A DNA stretch of 64,000 nt from Picochlorum sp. SENEW3 (lineage: Eukaryota): contig CP120458.1 of assembly GCA_034226945.1 (NCBI GenBank), positions 124,001 through 188,000 of the forward strand, written 5' to 3'. This document shows, one piece after another, positions 22,252 through 32,033 of the stretch; position 1 is the stretch's first letter, and every line of letters starts with the position of its first letter. A program made the translations under genes and the position numbers. The notes under the pieces are model-generated. The model saw only the letters and a program-made list of their open reading frames with translations, made no database searches and was not told the origin of the DNA.

Positions 22252-22942
22252 TCAGGATTTGAGGAAATCTGGTTGTTGGAACTGAATTGCGACACGCACA
22301 GTGTGGTATATTGGTCACAACTATTAATGGTATTCAAAAATACGAATAGTGCACTATTGTGATTGCGTAGGTATATCTGTCACAAGGAATGTACAGGTGA
22401 AGATTTGACCAGACACAGGGACTGGCAGGGTGTGAGATCTAGCAAAGCTGTTGCAACCATGGCTTGAACCCTGGAATTCTATTCGAAGGTATCAAATCTA
22501 GAAGAACTATATACCGGTATAGGGCTCTGGCCAGAGTGCTCCATGGAGCACCAGATATCCTGATCTACGTAACTAAGTAGAGCCTCAAAGCAGCCTTGCT
22601 GTCTCAGGGTCTCCAATTCTTTATGCTTACTTATCATTTCACAGTGAAATATTCAAACTGCAGTCTGACAATCCTGTCTAATTCTGATTTGTGATTTGAA
22701 TATTTACACCTGTCAAACAGTTTCAAATGTATGCTTATATCTACATGAAAAGCCAAGCATTGTGGCCCAAGATCACAGAGGAGGAGTTGACTCACATCAC
22801 TATGACTATGCCCTTACTACGACATGGAGCTGCTAATCAAGTGATACATGTGACTGCCAATCCATAGTAACTTAGCTCCTCCCTAACTGAAAAATTATTC
22901 ACGTTTCTTGAACTCTTCAGATTATCAGAAACACAATTCAAC

Positions 22943-23827
22943 CTAGGTCCTTAATGCATCAAACTCGTAGTCCTCAATTGCTGAATCAATCCACTTTCTC
23001 CATCTCCTGATCTCTGTGTACGCACTGACTGAGTTTCTATCCCCGCACTTGAAATCTCCAGGGCCATAGCTGACCACGCCAACGATAATATCCTCGGATG
23101 CTTTGGTACCTTCAGCCTTCCATCCCCTTCCAGGAATGATGATTGGTCCTCCAGAGTCGCCTTGGCAGTCAAGCTGGTCGTCTTCATCCAGTCCGGCTCC
23201 AAAGTGATCCTTTTCTAGATAATCGTCAAACTCATTCTCGGTCTCATAGTCTGACAGATGTGGCAGAGTGGCATACAGCAAGTCCTCTGAGTAATCATCT
23301 GATTCTGTCTCCCCATAACCTGCAACGATGAGATCCCCCTTGACTTTAGTTCTGCTGCTCGCTATTCGAGCTGGTTTGGTCTCCGCCAATTCTGTGAGGA
23401 AGAGGAGGGCAATGTCACCATACATGCTTCCCCCCTTTTTATTTGGATTGTATGCAGACGGTGCAATGACACCTTCAGCGATGAATGGGTCCACTTCTTC
23501 ATCTTCTGAATAGTCTCTGAGGTATACTTTGACTCTTCGTGCAGTCAGCTTTCCATTGTCTCCATAGAAGCAATGAGCAGCACTGAGAACCACATCATCT
23601 CGAATGAGGCTACCACCACAAAGAAAGGACTCTCCCTTCTTGTCCGTAATATCAAGTCGAGCAACATAGCGCATCAAATTTATAGGTACTACATCGCCAT
23701 ATTGCACGCGGGAATTGGTCACAGCCTTTGGAAATGACTGATTGCTTTCGAAATCACTGTTTGGTGAAGCATGTACATGTACATACAATACCATGCCAAG
23801 CAGTATCAGGACTGCAAGGGAAGTCAT
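22943..23827 (-). CDS. Secreted trypsin-like (S1) serine protease
   Basis: Signal peptide, CGGSLI, LSAAHC (His), DIALL (Asp) and DCQGDSGGP (Ser). Confidence 0.92.
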   Translation of the reverse strand: MTSLAVLILLGMVLYVHVHASPNSDFESNQSFPKAVTNSRVQYGDVVPINLMRYVARLDITDKKGESFLCGGSLIRDDVVLSAAHCFYGDNGKLTARRVKVYLRDYSEDEEVDPFIAEGVIAPSAYNPNKKGGSMYGDIALLFLTELAETKPARIASSRTKVKGDLIVAGYGETESDDYSEDLLYATLPHLSDYETENEFDDYLEKDHFGAGLDEDDQLDCQGDSGGPIIIPGRGWKAEGTKASEDIIVGVVSYGPGDFKCGDRNSVSAYTEIRRWRKWIDSAIEDYEFDALRT

Positions 23828-24182
23828 CCTATACGATTACAGAATTACTAGTTTTTTCACTGCAAGTATTACATTTTATTTTTATGTTCCAGTCGTACAT
23901 GCCCGCGGGTAGATGTTACAAGGCCTAGGCCCTAGGGCCGGTGGTGATGCCAAGAAGTGGGTTCACTTTTCTCGAGATCTCTATATACTATATATGATAT
24001 AGAGATATCTCTATCTAGAGATCTAGATCTGGAATGATCATGTCTAAAAAAAATGAGGACATTCATCTTTTGGGGCTCGATTCCCTTGAAAGAGCCTTTA
24101 CTCATCCCCTCTACTCGAGTAATATATCGGATAATAAATACTGCATGCAGTGAAACGAACAGTCGTGACAAAAACCAAGGAC

Positions 24183-24893
24183 ATGAATGCCTTGTGGATT
24201 GGCTGCATTACAGTGTCATTAAGTGCCGTCGCTGCTGCTTCTCCGATCAAGGTGATACAGGGTTACCCAAGAATTATTGATGGAGATTCATTAGAGATCA
24301 ATAAGACGAGCATTCGGTTGGAGGCCATTGATGCTCCGGAAATGAGACAGACATGTTACAAACGGTCAGGGACTCCATACGCCTGTGGGGTGGAATCAAG
24401 GACCCAATTAGTGAATAAGATTGATACTAGCAGCGTTAGATGTAGTATAAACAGAAAGGATAGGTATGGGAGGTCTCTGGGATACTGTTGGTTGGGTCGA
24501 CAGGGACAGGATCCTGCTGATTCTTTAAATTCTTTAAATGCTTGGATGGTCCGGTCGGGTCATGCCCTGGCGTATCGTCGATTCAGCACTGTGTTTGTGC
24601 CTCAGGAAGAGTATGCGAGGATTAAACAAGTAGGTATCTGGTCTGGGGAATTTCTAGAGCCATGGGTGTGGAGGCAGAGGTATGGAAGGGGTGGCAATGG
24701 ACAGAGCTCTGGTAGCAGCAATGAGCCAGGCTGCGATATCAAGGGGAATATCTCGTCGAATGGAGAGAAGATATATCATCTTCCTGGTGGTCGATATTAT
24801 GATCAAGTGAAGATTACGGAATCAAAGGGAGAGAGGTGGTTTTGCTCTGAAGAAGATGCTGTTTCTCTAGGGTGGAGAGCTTCGCGAGAGTAG
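24183..24893 (+). CDS. Thermonuclease (SNase-like) with C-terminal C.IKGNIS..GEKIYH domain, bacterial type; signal peptide
   Basis: IIDGDSL, IRLEAIDAPEMRQTC, DRYGRSLG.C, MVRSGHALAY and GIWSG, followed by CDIKGNISSNGEKIYHLPG..YY....GERWFCSE..A...GWR. Single exon. Confidence 0.88.
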   Translation: MNALWIGCITVSLSAVAAASPIKVIQGYPRIIDGDSLEINKTSIRLEAIDAPEMRQTCYKRSGTPYACGVESRTQLVNKIDTSSVRCSINRKDRYGRSLGYCWLGRQGQDPADSLNSLNAWMVRSGHALAYRRFSTVFVPQEEYARIKQVGIWSGEFLEPWVWRQRYGRGGNGQSSGSSNEPGCDIKGNISSNGEKIYHLPGGRYYDQVKITESKGERWFCSEEDAVSLGWRASRE

Positions 24894-24986
24894 ATATGTC
24901 TTGTTTTCTTCTTCTCGAATCGCTTGATCGGATCCAGAATGATGCGTTACTAGTATATATAAATTGTTACTCTATCAAGAATCATT

Positions 24987-25520
24987 TCAACTGCGCTTGA
25001 TACGTACGAGATCTAGCAAACACGCTGCCATATCCACACAGACCTCTGCCACAAACACAACCAGGTAGATGGCAGCACATGCATGGGACACCATGCTGGC
25101 GACGGACACCCTACCAGTCTTCACATGATGATGATTATTGACTGGAGATTCTCCTCCTTCTTCATCATCACCCGAGACAGTACTGCTAGCATCCATCCGA
25201 TATACGACATGTCCTGACAAGGATGGTAGTACCTTGCCGTACCCAGGGGAAGAAGAATCTTCCTCGGCTCTGGAAGTGGATTCTCTGTCTCTCGATGAAA
25301 ATATCGAAGAACGCATCGCATGCTGCTCTGGAGTATCCACCGTATAGACCCTCCTCATCCTCACCCCACTCGTTCTTCCTCCTCCATCATCATCATAATG
25401 AGGTCTCGAAGAAGAAGACCCATCCCCAGTGTTGCTGCTAAACCACTTCTCCTCCAATAATTCAAGCACTCGCCCTGCTTGTTGGTCCCCTTGATGTTCC
25501 CTTGATGGAAAATCCATCAT
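24987..25520 (-). CDS. Hypothetical Ser/Asp-rich protein with C-terminal hydrophobic segment
   Basis: 177-aa ATG-initiated ORF filling an intergenic gap; no recognisable motif. Confidence 0.5.
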   Translation of the reverse strand: MMDFPSREHQGDQQAGRVLELLEEKWFSSNTGDGSSSSRPHYDDDGGGRTSGVRMRRVYTVDTPEQHAMRSSIFSSRDRESTSRAEEDSSSPGYGKVLPSLSGHVVYRMDASSTVSGDDEEGGESPVNNHHHVKTGRVSVASMVSHACAAIYLVVFVAEVCVDMAACLLDLVRIKRS

Positions 25521-25945
25521 ATTGCTATCATATATACAACGAACCCAATATCACTGCCTTGTCACTGAGTGATACCTAGAAAAGTCAATGGTGCAATCTA
25601 CTAATAAGACCTACACCCTGCACATATTATTGCTGTATTGGATACAACTACTATTAGATATGCTACTATATACATATATTGCCTATATAAGGAACATATA
25701 TGACAGTGACTTGCCATATGACAGAGAGAGAGAGAGAGGTTTATTGTCTGGATTCGTTGACCACATTTGTTGGTTTCTTAATGTTTTTTGTATGGAATCC
25801 ACTTTGGACCATTTGGACCAATTCACCCATCAAAGCAAGTATTCGACCGAAGATGGCATTCAAATACAAAGTGTTGGCGTCATCAGGCATCATTGACGCT
25901 CTTCCTTCACCCATGCCATTCTGAATTGATTTCATTGGTATCAAC

Positions 25946-27236
25946 ATGGGAGTACTGCGGAGTTGGGTGTGCATTCTCTTGATAGCGTTGATTGGGACTG
26001 CGACGCTGATTCGAGGGTACGATCTGATTGCCTTGGTTGTCTTTAGATCCACCATTCTGATCATGGATGGATATCAGATTTTATGAAAAATACAGTATAC
26101 GCATGATTGGACTAGAAGAATGCCACTGTCAGGCGTGGTATTGTATGAACTTGTCACAAGAACACACACAACTCATCTCATCTCTCTCCTTTATATATAT
26201 GTCATAACGCAGGAGCAAGGACTATTACGATGTGTTACATGTTCACCGATCGGCGGATGAGGCGACCATTAAGAGGGCGTATAGAAAGTTGGCATTGAAG
26301 ATGCATCCTGACAAGGTGCAGGGGAGTGAGGAGGAGAAGAAGAAGGCTGCTGAGAAGTTTGCAGAGGTGGGGCATGCGTATGAAGTGTTGATGGATCCGA
26401 AGAAGAGGGAGATATATGACAGGTATGGGGAGGAGGGGCTGAAGAGTATGGGGGATCAAGGCGGAGGTGGAGGTATGGATCCGAATGATATCTTTTCTCA
26501 GTTCTTTGGCGGTGCATTCAACTTTGGATTTGGAGGTGGCCCTCAAGAAGAAGAGGAAGTGAAAGGAGAAACGGTGCATGTGGGGTTGGAAGTGACACTG
26601 GAGGAGCTGTATACTGGCAAGGAGTTCAAGGTGACGAGGGACAAGCATGTGCTCAAGCCTGCTCCAGGGAAGAGGGACTGTAATTGCAAGCAAAAGCTGG
26701 TGACAAAGTCTATCGGCCCAGGAATGTTCCAGCAGTTTACAAAAACAGAGTGCGAAAAGTGCGATAATGTCAAATTTGTGAGGGAGGCTGATGATTTGAC
26801 AGTGACGCTGGAGCCAGGCATGGTGGATGGGCAGGAAATAGTCTTCTTTGAAGAAGGAGAGCCGATTATTGATGGTGAACCAGGTGATTTAATATTTGTG
26901 GTTCAGACAAGGCCTCATGGTCTATTTGCAAGGAAGAATAAGATTGATTTGCATATGAATCTAGTGATTAGTCTCTTGGAGGCATTGGTTGGGTTTGAGA
27001 AAAAGATTACGCATCTGGATGGCCACAGCGTCACCATTGCATCAAAGGGTGTGGTGAGCCCCGGGGATGTCTTGACTTTAAAGAACGAAGGCATGCCCGT
27101 CTATGATAGTCCTGATAGGCGAGGGTCGCTGTATGTCAAGATTACAGTCTCCTTCCCCAAGACTGTCAGTGATGCGGACAAGGCAGCATTGAACAAGCTG
27201 TTTGGCTCAGCAGCATGGATGCACGATGAGCTGTGA
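25946..27236 (+). CDS. ER-luminal DnaJ co-chaperone (ERdj3/DNAJB11-like), 2 exons
   Basis: Signal-peptide exon [17 protein letters not shown].. spliced to SKDYYDVL. J domain with HPDK, a G/F region, DnaJ C domain and terminal HDEL. Confidence 0.9.
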
Positions 27237-27272
27237 AACTAATTTATATCATTATTTATACATAATAATATG

Positions 27273-27917
27273 TTACAGAATGTCTGGTATGAGGAATCCT
27301 GTGATGGTGTGGAATACCGTGGGACAGCCCTGATTCAAGTCTGCCATATCAATCGTGGCATTGTTGTTGTTGCCAGATGAGAGCACAACCATCTCTTTAT
27401 CATCGGAGCCGATGCGTATGCATTGCCCCTGTGCCATAGTTTCATAGCACGACCCAATCTGCATATCCCCCACAGCCATGCTGTAGTATGGAATCACATG
27501 GTGCCTCACAAGAGCATGCAGTGTATCAAAGTCCTTGAACACACGTGTCTCTACGTCCTCCGGCATGGCCATGCTCTGTATCGTATCCACAATCGCCTTG
27601 TTCGTAGGAATGAATACAGTCGCTCGCAATCGCACAGACCCATAGACAGAGTCCATCCCAGTCTCGTGAATAGCATTCTTGAAGATACTGTACTCATCAT
27701 TCCCAGAGATCATGGACAGTGCTGAATTGCATTCAGATGGTATCATGGGAGCCACCCGAGGTCTCATATCATCATCTTCTTCTTCTTCCCCACCATGAAC
27801 AAATTCCGAATTCTGAATCACCATCAAGGCCACGACGACGACGAAGAAGAGTATCCTTCTACTCCTCCATCTCTCAGAAGAGACAAAAAAGAAGAGGGTC
27901 TGTAATAGTAGTCTCAT
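27273..27917 (-). CDS. Fasciclin (FAS1) domain protein
   Basis: ATVFIPTNKAI (H1), LVRHHVIP and VFHTITGFLIP (H2), with an N-terminal hydrophobic segment. Confidence 0.8.
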   Translation of the reverse strand: MRLLLQTLFFFVSSERWRSRRILFFVVVVALMVIQNSEFVHGGEEEEDDDMRPRVAPMIPSECNSALSMISGNDEYSIFKNAIHETGMDSVYGSVRLRATVFIPTNKAIVDTIQSMAMPEDVETRVFKDFDTLHALVRHHVIPYYSMAVGDMQIGSCYETMAQGQCIRIGSDDKEMVVLSSGNNNNATIDMADLNQGCPTVFHTITGFLIPDIL

Positions 27918-28132
27918 TCGTCATTCAATGCTCCTCCATTCTTATTGTGACCAATAATAATCCAAATTACTATATGTATTAATTGTAATAATTATAAAAT
28001 GTATATAGAGAGTTGGAAAGAAATGAAGCAGGGGTTTCGGTTCTGAGAACAAAACAAAAATAGGAGAGAGAGAGAGAGTTCGACAGTCCCAGAGAGATCT
28101 CTGATCGTGACTTAGGTGGCTGCAGCATCAGG

Positions 28133-29708
28133 ATGGAGTCGTCCAAGTGGACATCTCGATCTGCACCAGTGTTACCATGGATGAAGAAGCCAATTGCAGT
28201 CGAGGAACATGCATTGCATCCTGTCTCAGGCATGCGTGGCCTGGACGATAGAATTAGAGGCTTTCTATGCGACAGGATGAATATTAATGATCTATTCTCA
28301 ATACAGATGGCTGTATGGGAGTTGATGTGCGGTGGAGAGTCGAGGCTACATGATGTATGCTTCTCTGCACCAACTGGGAGTGGGAAGACGTTGGCCTATG
28401 CACTGCCGATTGTGAATGCCTTGGCGGTTGCGCCCGGTGCTCTCAGGAGTTCATGCTTTGGGATACAGTGCTTGATTGTGGTTCCGACAAGGGGTCTTGC
28501 GACGCAAGTGTATTCCGTGTTGCATCCTCTGGCACGTGCTGTTGGGCTGGCAACTCTTGGTGTATGTGGCTCCATGACTGTGGCCGAGGAGGCGTCCTTG
28601 CTTGCTGAAAGGAGGCATGATATATGCATTTTTACGCCTGGAAGGTTGGTCTCTCATCTGGAGTCGACGGTAGGGTTCTCAGAGAGTTTGAAAAGGAATG
28701 TGTCCTTTTTGGTGATTGATGAAGCTGATCGATTGCTGCGGCAGCGGTACAATGATTGGTTGCCAAAGGTATTAGATTGCATAGATGGAGGATCATTGGT
28801 CAAATATGTGGTGAGTGCAACGTTGACGAGGGATCCTACCAAGCTTGATGTGTTGAGGCTTGTGGCACCGCGATGTGTCACACATGTTCAAGGTACTAGA
28901 GTAATAATAATGATCATTTTGTTTTCATCTGCTTTCTTTCTCATTTTTTCTGACCCGTAATCTCTTTCTAAATTCATTTATATCCTTGTGTTGTGCAGAG
29001 GAATTCAAGTACAAGCTGCCGTCAACATTGGAAGAATCCAAAGTTGTGGTGGCAGAACAGGACAAGGCAGCTGCCCTGTGTACCTTGCTGGCAAGCAATG
29101 GGCTGGGTCAGGACACCAAGAAATGTATCGTATTTGTGTCTTCGGTGGATGCGACATCAACTCTGGCAATGCTGCTGATGGAGATTGAGAAAGAACATTC
29201 GGTGATGGGCAATGTTGTGGAATATAGTGCTGCATCTTTGTCAAGAGACAGGCGCAAGGCTTCGGAATCTTTCAAGAATGGAGCATCCAGAATATTGGTG
29301 TGCTCGGATGCCATGACTCGAGGCATGGATATTGATGGCATCGATACAGTTATAAACTATGATGCCCCTGTGTATGCCAAGACATATGTTCACAGGGCTG
29401 GGAGAACAGCGAGGGCTGGTAGGAGTGGCAAGGTGATCACACTGCTGAAGAGAGAGGAGGTGAGACATTTTAAAGACATGTTGCGGAAAGCAGATAATAA
29501 TTATGTGAAAGATGCGAAAATAGATTCAGAATTCTTTGTGCACAAGGCACGTGCATGGGTGACGGATGCTCTCGACAGAATGCGTGCCATTGGAGATAGT
29601 CCAACAGGTCAACATGATGATGCTGTAGATATATCTCAGACTGCTGAGACAAAGAAGAGAAAACGAACCATGATGCGAGCTGTTGCATTTCCAGAACTAT
29701 CATTGTAA
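28133..29708 (+). CDS. DEAD-box RNA helicase DDX51/Dbp6-like, 2 exons (intron ~28893-28999)
   Basis: SAPTGSGKT, VPTRGLA, TPGRL, DEADRLL, SATLT, RGMD and YVHRAGRTARAGRSG. Confidence 0.9.
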
Positions 29709-29743
29709 GATTATTGAATACCTGTATCATCATCATGTTCCAT

Positions 29744-31651
29744 TTATCTACCTTGTTGTTTTGTCAGGATTTTTCGAATACGTGGGTCCATGGGATCCGC
29801 GCCTCCTGGGGGCGATGTGGAGACTCCCCAACGAGGTCCAGGCGGAATCTTATGCCCAGACCCGCTCTGAGCGCTCCACTCGCCGTGACGATGAGCACCC
29901 AGGAATTTGGTGGGGTCTAGTTCGCCCCCTCGCCGTGTGTCGGCCACATTACTCAAGCGCTCTCTGGCATAGTCAGAGTTATCTTTTATGCTGGCACCCT
30001 GATCTTCTAATAAACCACCATTCACTCGTCTAGTGGGCTTTTTGGATCGGCCATCTATTGATTTCTGGAATGCAATCTGACCTTGCTGAACTGCTTTGCA
30101 TTCTGCTTCCAACAATGCCAAAAGTTTTTGTGTCGTCTCAGAGAAGCAATCCTCATTTTCAGATAGGTTACGGTCATCATCTACCAGTATATTTTCCAAA
30201 TGCATCTCAAGCATCGCTAATGCCCGTGCAGGGTCTTCCTCTGATGCAACACGTGTTGGGGAGGTGCTCTCTGACACTGTCTTGCCTTCGTGGTCGTGTG
30301 TTCCTTCCTCATGCTGTAACAAGAGAGAGTCTAATCTATTCTGAAGCATGACATCTTCTGTCATGGGCAAATCTTCCATCTCGTCTCTCAACTCTTCAAA
30401 GTATTCATGTAGCATGGCTTCATCACAAGAAGGCCGTCGCTGAGGATCAAATTCCAAGAGCCGGGTAAGCAGGTGAATGGCCACCTCCCCAGCGGCTTTG
30501 AATTTCCTTTGAAGCTTTGGGGCTTTGCCTGGAAGCTTTGCCAAATAGTTTCGCCATGCTTCCATTTCAACCACATCAACATCACGCCATGCGGGAGTCC
30601 CTATAACATCAAAGAGCGCTTCAAGCTCACGACGCGTCGTCGCGCACTCGGGCCTCCCATATGTCTCACCAGAATTGGGAGTCTTGGGCATTTCTTTCAG
30701 TGCAAACATGGGAGCCACTTGCAGATGGGGCGTTGTTGCAGACCCCACATATGCCACTCGTGACAGCATTTCTCCAAAGATGCACCCCAAACCCCACATG
30801 TCAATAGCGTCAGTGTACCCCCCTCGTGAGATGACTACTTCCGGGGCTCTATAACACGGGGTCGCCACAACCCTGGTCAACGGCGCCTTGAACCCAGACC
30901 CATCAGCACTGGGCTCCATGACTAAATCCCCAACGTCGCTGTCCATTGCCATGCTCTTTGTCGACGAAATTGGGTGCAGAAATTGAGCAGATTCATTCAT
31001 ATTGCTATCACTCCGTTTGACACCTCCCTGCTCACTCCCGCTAAAATGACTCCGTGCACTCCCAAAGTCCCCCAACTTTACGACCCTCTGCCCTCCCTGC
31101 CACACCACAAACACATTCTGGCTCTTCACATCCCGATGCCACACTCGCAACGAATGCAGATATTTCAATCCTTCCAATAACTGCCACAAGATGGCAGTCA
31201 CCTCGTCCCCTGTCAGCTGACCTTTCATGTGGTACAAATCTCCTCCGTCAGCAAACTCTGTGGCAATGTACAAATCAACAGAGCAATACACCAGATTGCC
31301 TCCCACCAAGCGGCACTCCCCCGTCGAAGAAGGCTGAAGGAACACATCCTTCAGTTGAATAACGTTCGGGTGATTAATCCTCCTCAGGATGGCAATCTCC
31401 CTCAACACCCTCTTTGTCTGCTCATGGCTATTCAACACATTCCCAATCCTTTTCAGCGCCACCAAACCCCCGTCGACTCTACTCTTGGCCAAGCACACGC
31501 ACGAGTATGACCCATACCCCAACACACGAATCAGCTCGTACCCAGACCCGACCTTCCACTCCATGCTTCCAATACTTTGCATTGTCGAACCAGGCTCTGG
31601 GTCAACAAAGTACAACCCCTCCTCATACGGACTCTTTCGTATGCTACTCAT
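29744..31651 (-). CDS. Atypical MAP-kinase-like Ser/Thr kinase
   Basis: GYGSYS, VALKRI, KRVLREIAILR, HRDVK, DFG and YRAPE motifs; long activation-loop insert and no TxY. Confidence 0.85.
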   Translation of the reverse strand: MSSIRKSPYEEGLYFVDPEPGSTMQSIGSMEWKVGSGYELIRVLGYGSYSCVCLAKSRVDGGLVALKRIGNVLNSHEQTKRVLREIAILRRINHPNVIQLKDVFLQPSSTGECRLVGGNLVYCSVDLYIATEFADGGDLYHMKGQLTGDEVTAILWQLLEGLKYLHSLRVWHRDVKSQNVFVVWQGGQRVVKLGDFGSARSHFSGSEQGGVKRSDSNMNESAQFLHPISSTKSMAMDSDVGDLVMEPSADGSGFKAPLTRVVATPCYRAPEVVISRGGYTDAIDMWGLGCIFGEMLSRVAYVGSATTPHLQVAPMFALKEMPKTPNSGETYGRPECATTRRELEALFDVIGTPAWRDVDVVEMEAWRNYLAKLPGKAPKLQRKFKAAGEVAIHLLTRLLEFDPQRRPSCDEAMLHEYFEELRDEMEDLPMTEDVMLQNRLDSLLLQHEEGTHDHEGKTVSESTSPTRVASEEDPARALAMLEMHLENILVDDDRNLSENEDCFSETTQKLLALLEAECKAVQQGQIAFQKSIDGRSKKPTRRVNGGLLEDQGASIKDNSDYARERLSNVADTRRGGELDPTKFLGAHRHGEWSAQSGSGHKIPPGPRWGVSTSPPGGADPMDPRIRKILTKQQGR

Positions 31652-32033
31652 GTTCCCACTAACAGACTATGCATACCACTGCGTCCCGTTTCAGAGAATT
31701 CAATCACGTTTCTTGTCGTGTTCCGCAACGGTATTTCAATTCAACAACCCAAAGACTGGTGGGCATTGTTTAGCATTCAGTGCTGTCACTCGGGTCTCTA
31801 TAGTATTTTTGAAACAAAGTATACCATTCTCGGAAGGGGTTATTGCCCAACAAATCCTTCAAGGCACATCTGAGTTGAACTCGGAATTGGACACTCTCTG
31901 AAAAGAATACTCTTCCCATCAAAATATTCCTTGATGGTTTAGGACAGAAGTTGGGGGATAATGTCAGAGTCAGTCTACTACCATCTGCTTCAGAAAGCAG
32001 CGTCTTCATACTTGAATGCGTTGAATCCTTTAT

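Noticed and set aside
25724..25738. Short (AG)n microsatellites here and at ~28064 and ~50043
   Set aside because: Ordinary short simple repeats with no further structure.
25741..26064. 107-aa minus-strand ORF
   Set aside because: It overlaps the signal-peptide exon and intron of the DnaJ gene on the opposite strand and has no recognisable motif.
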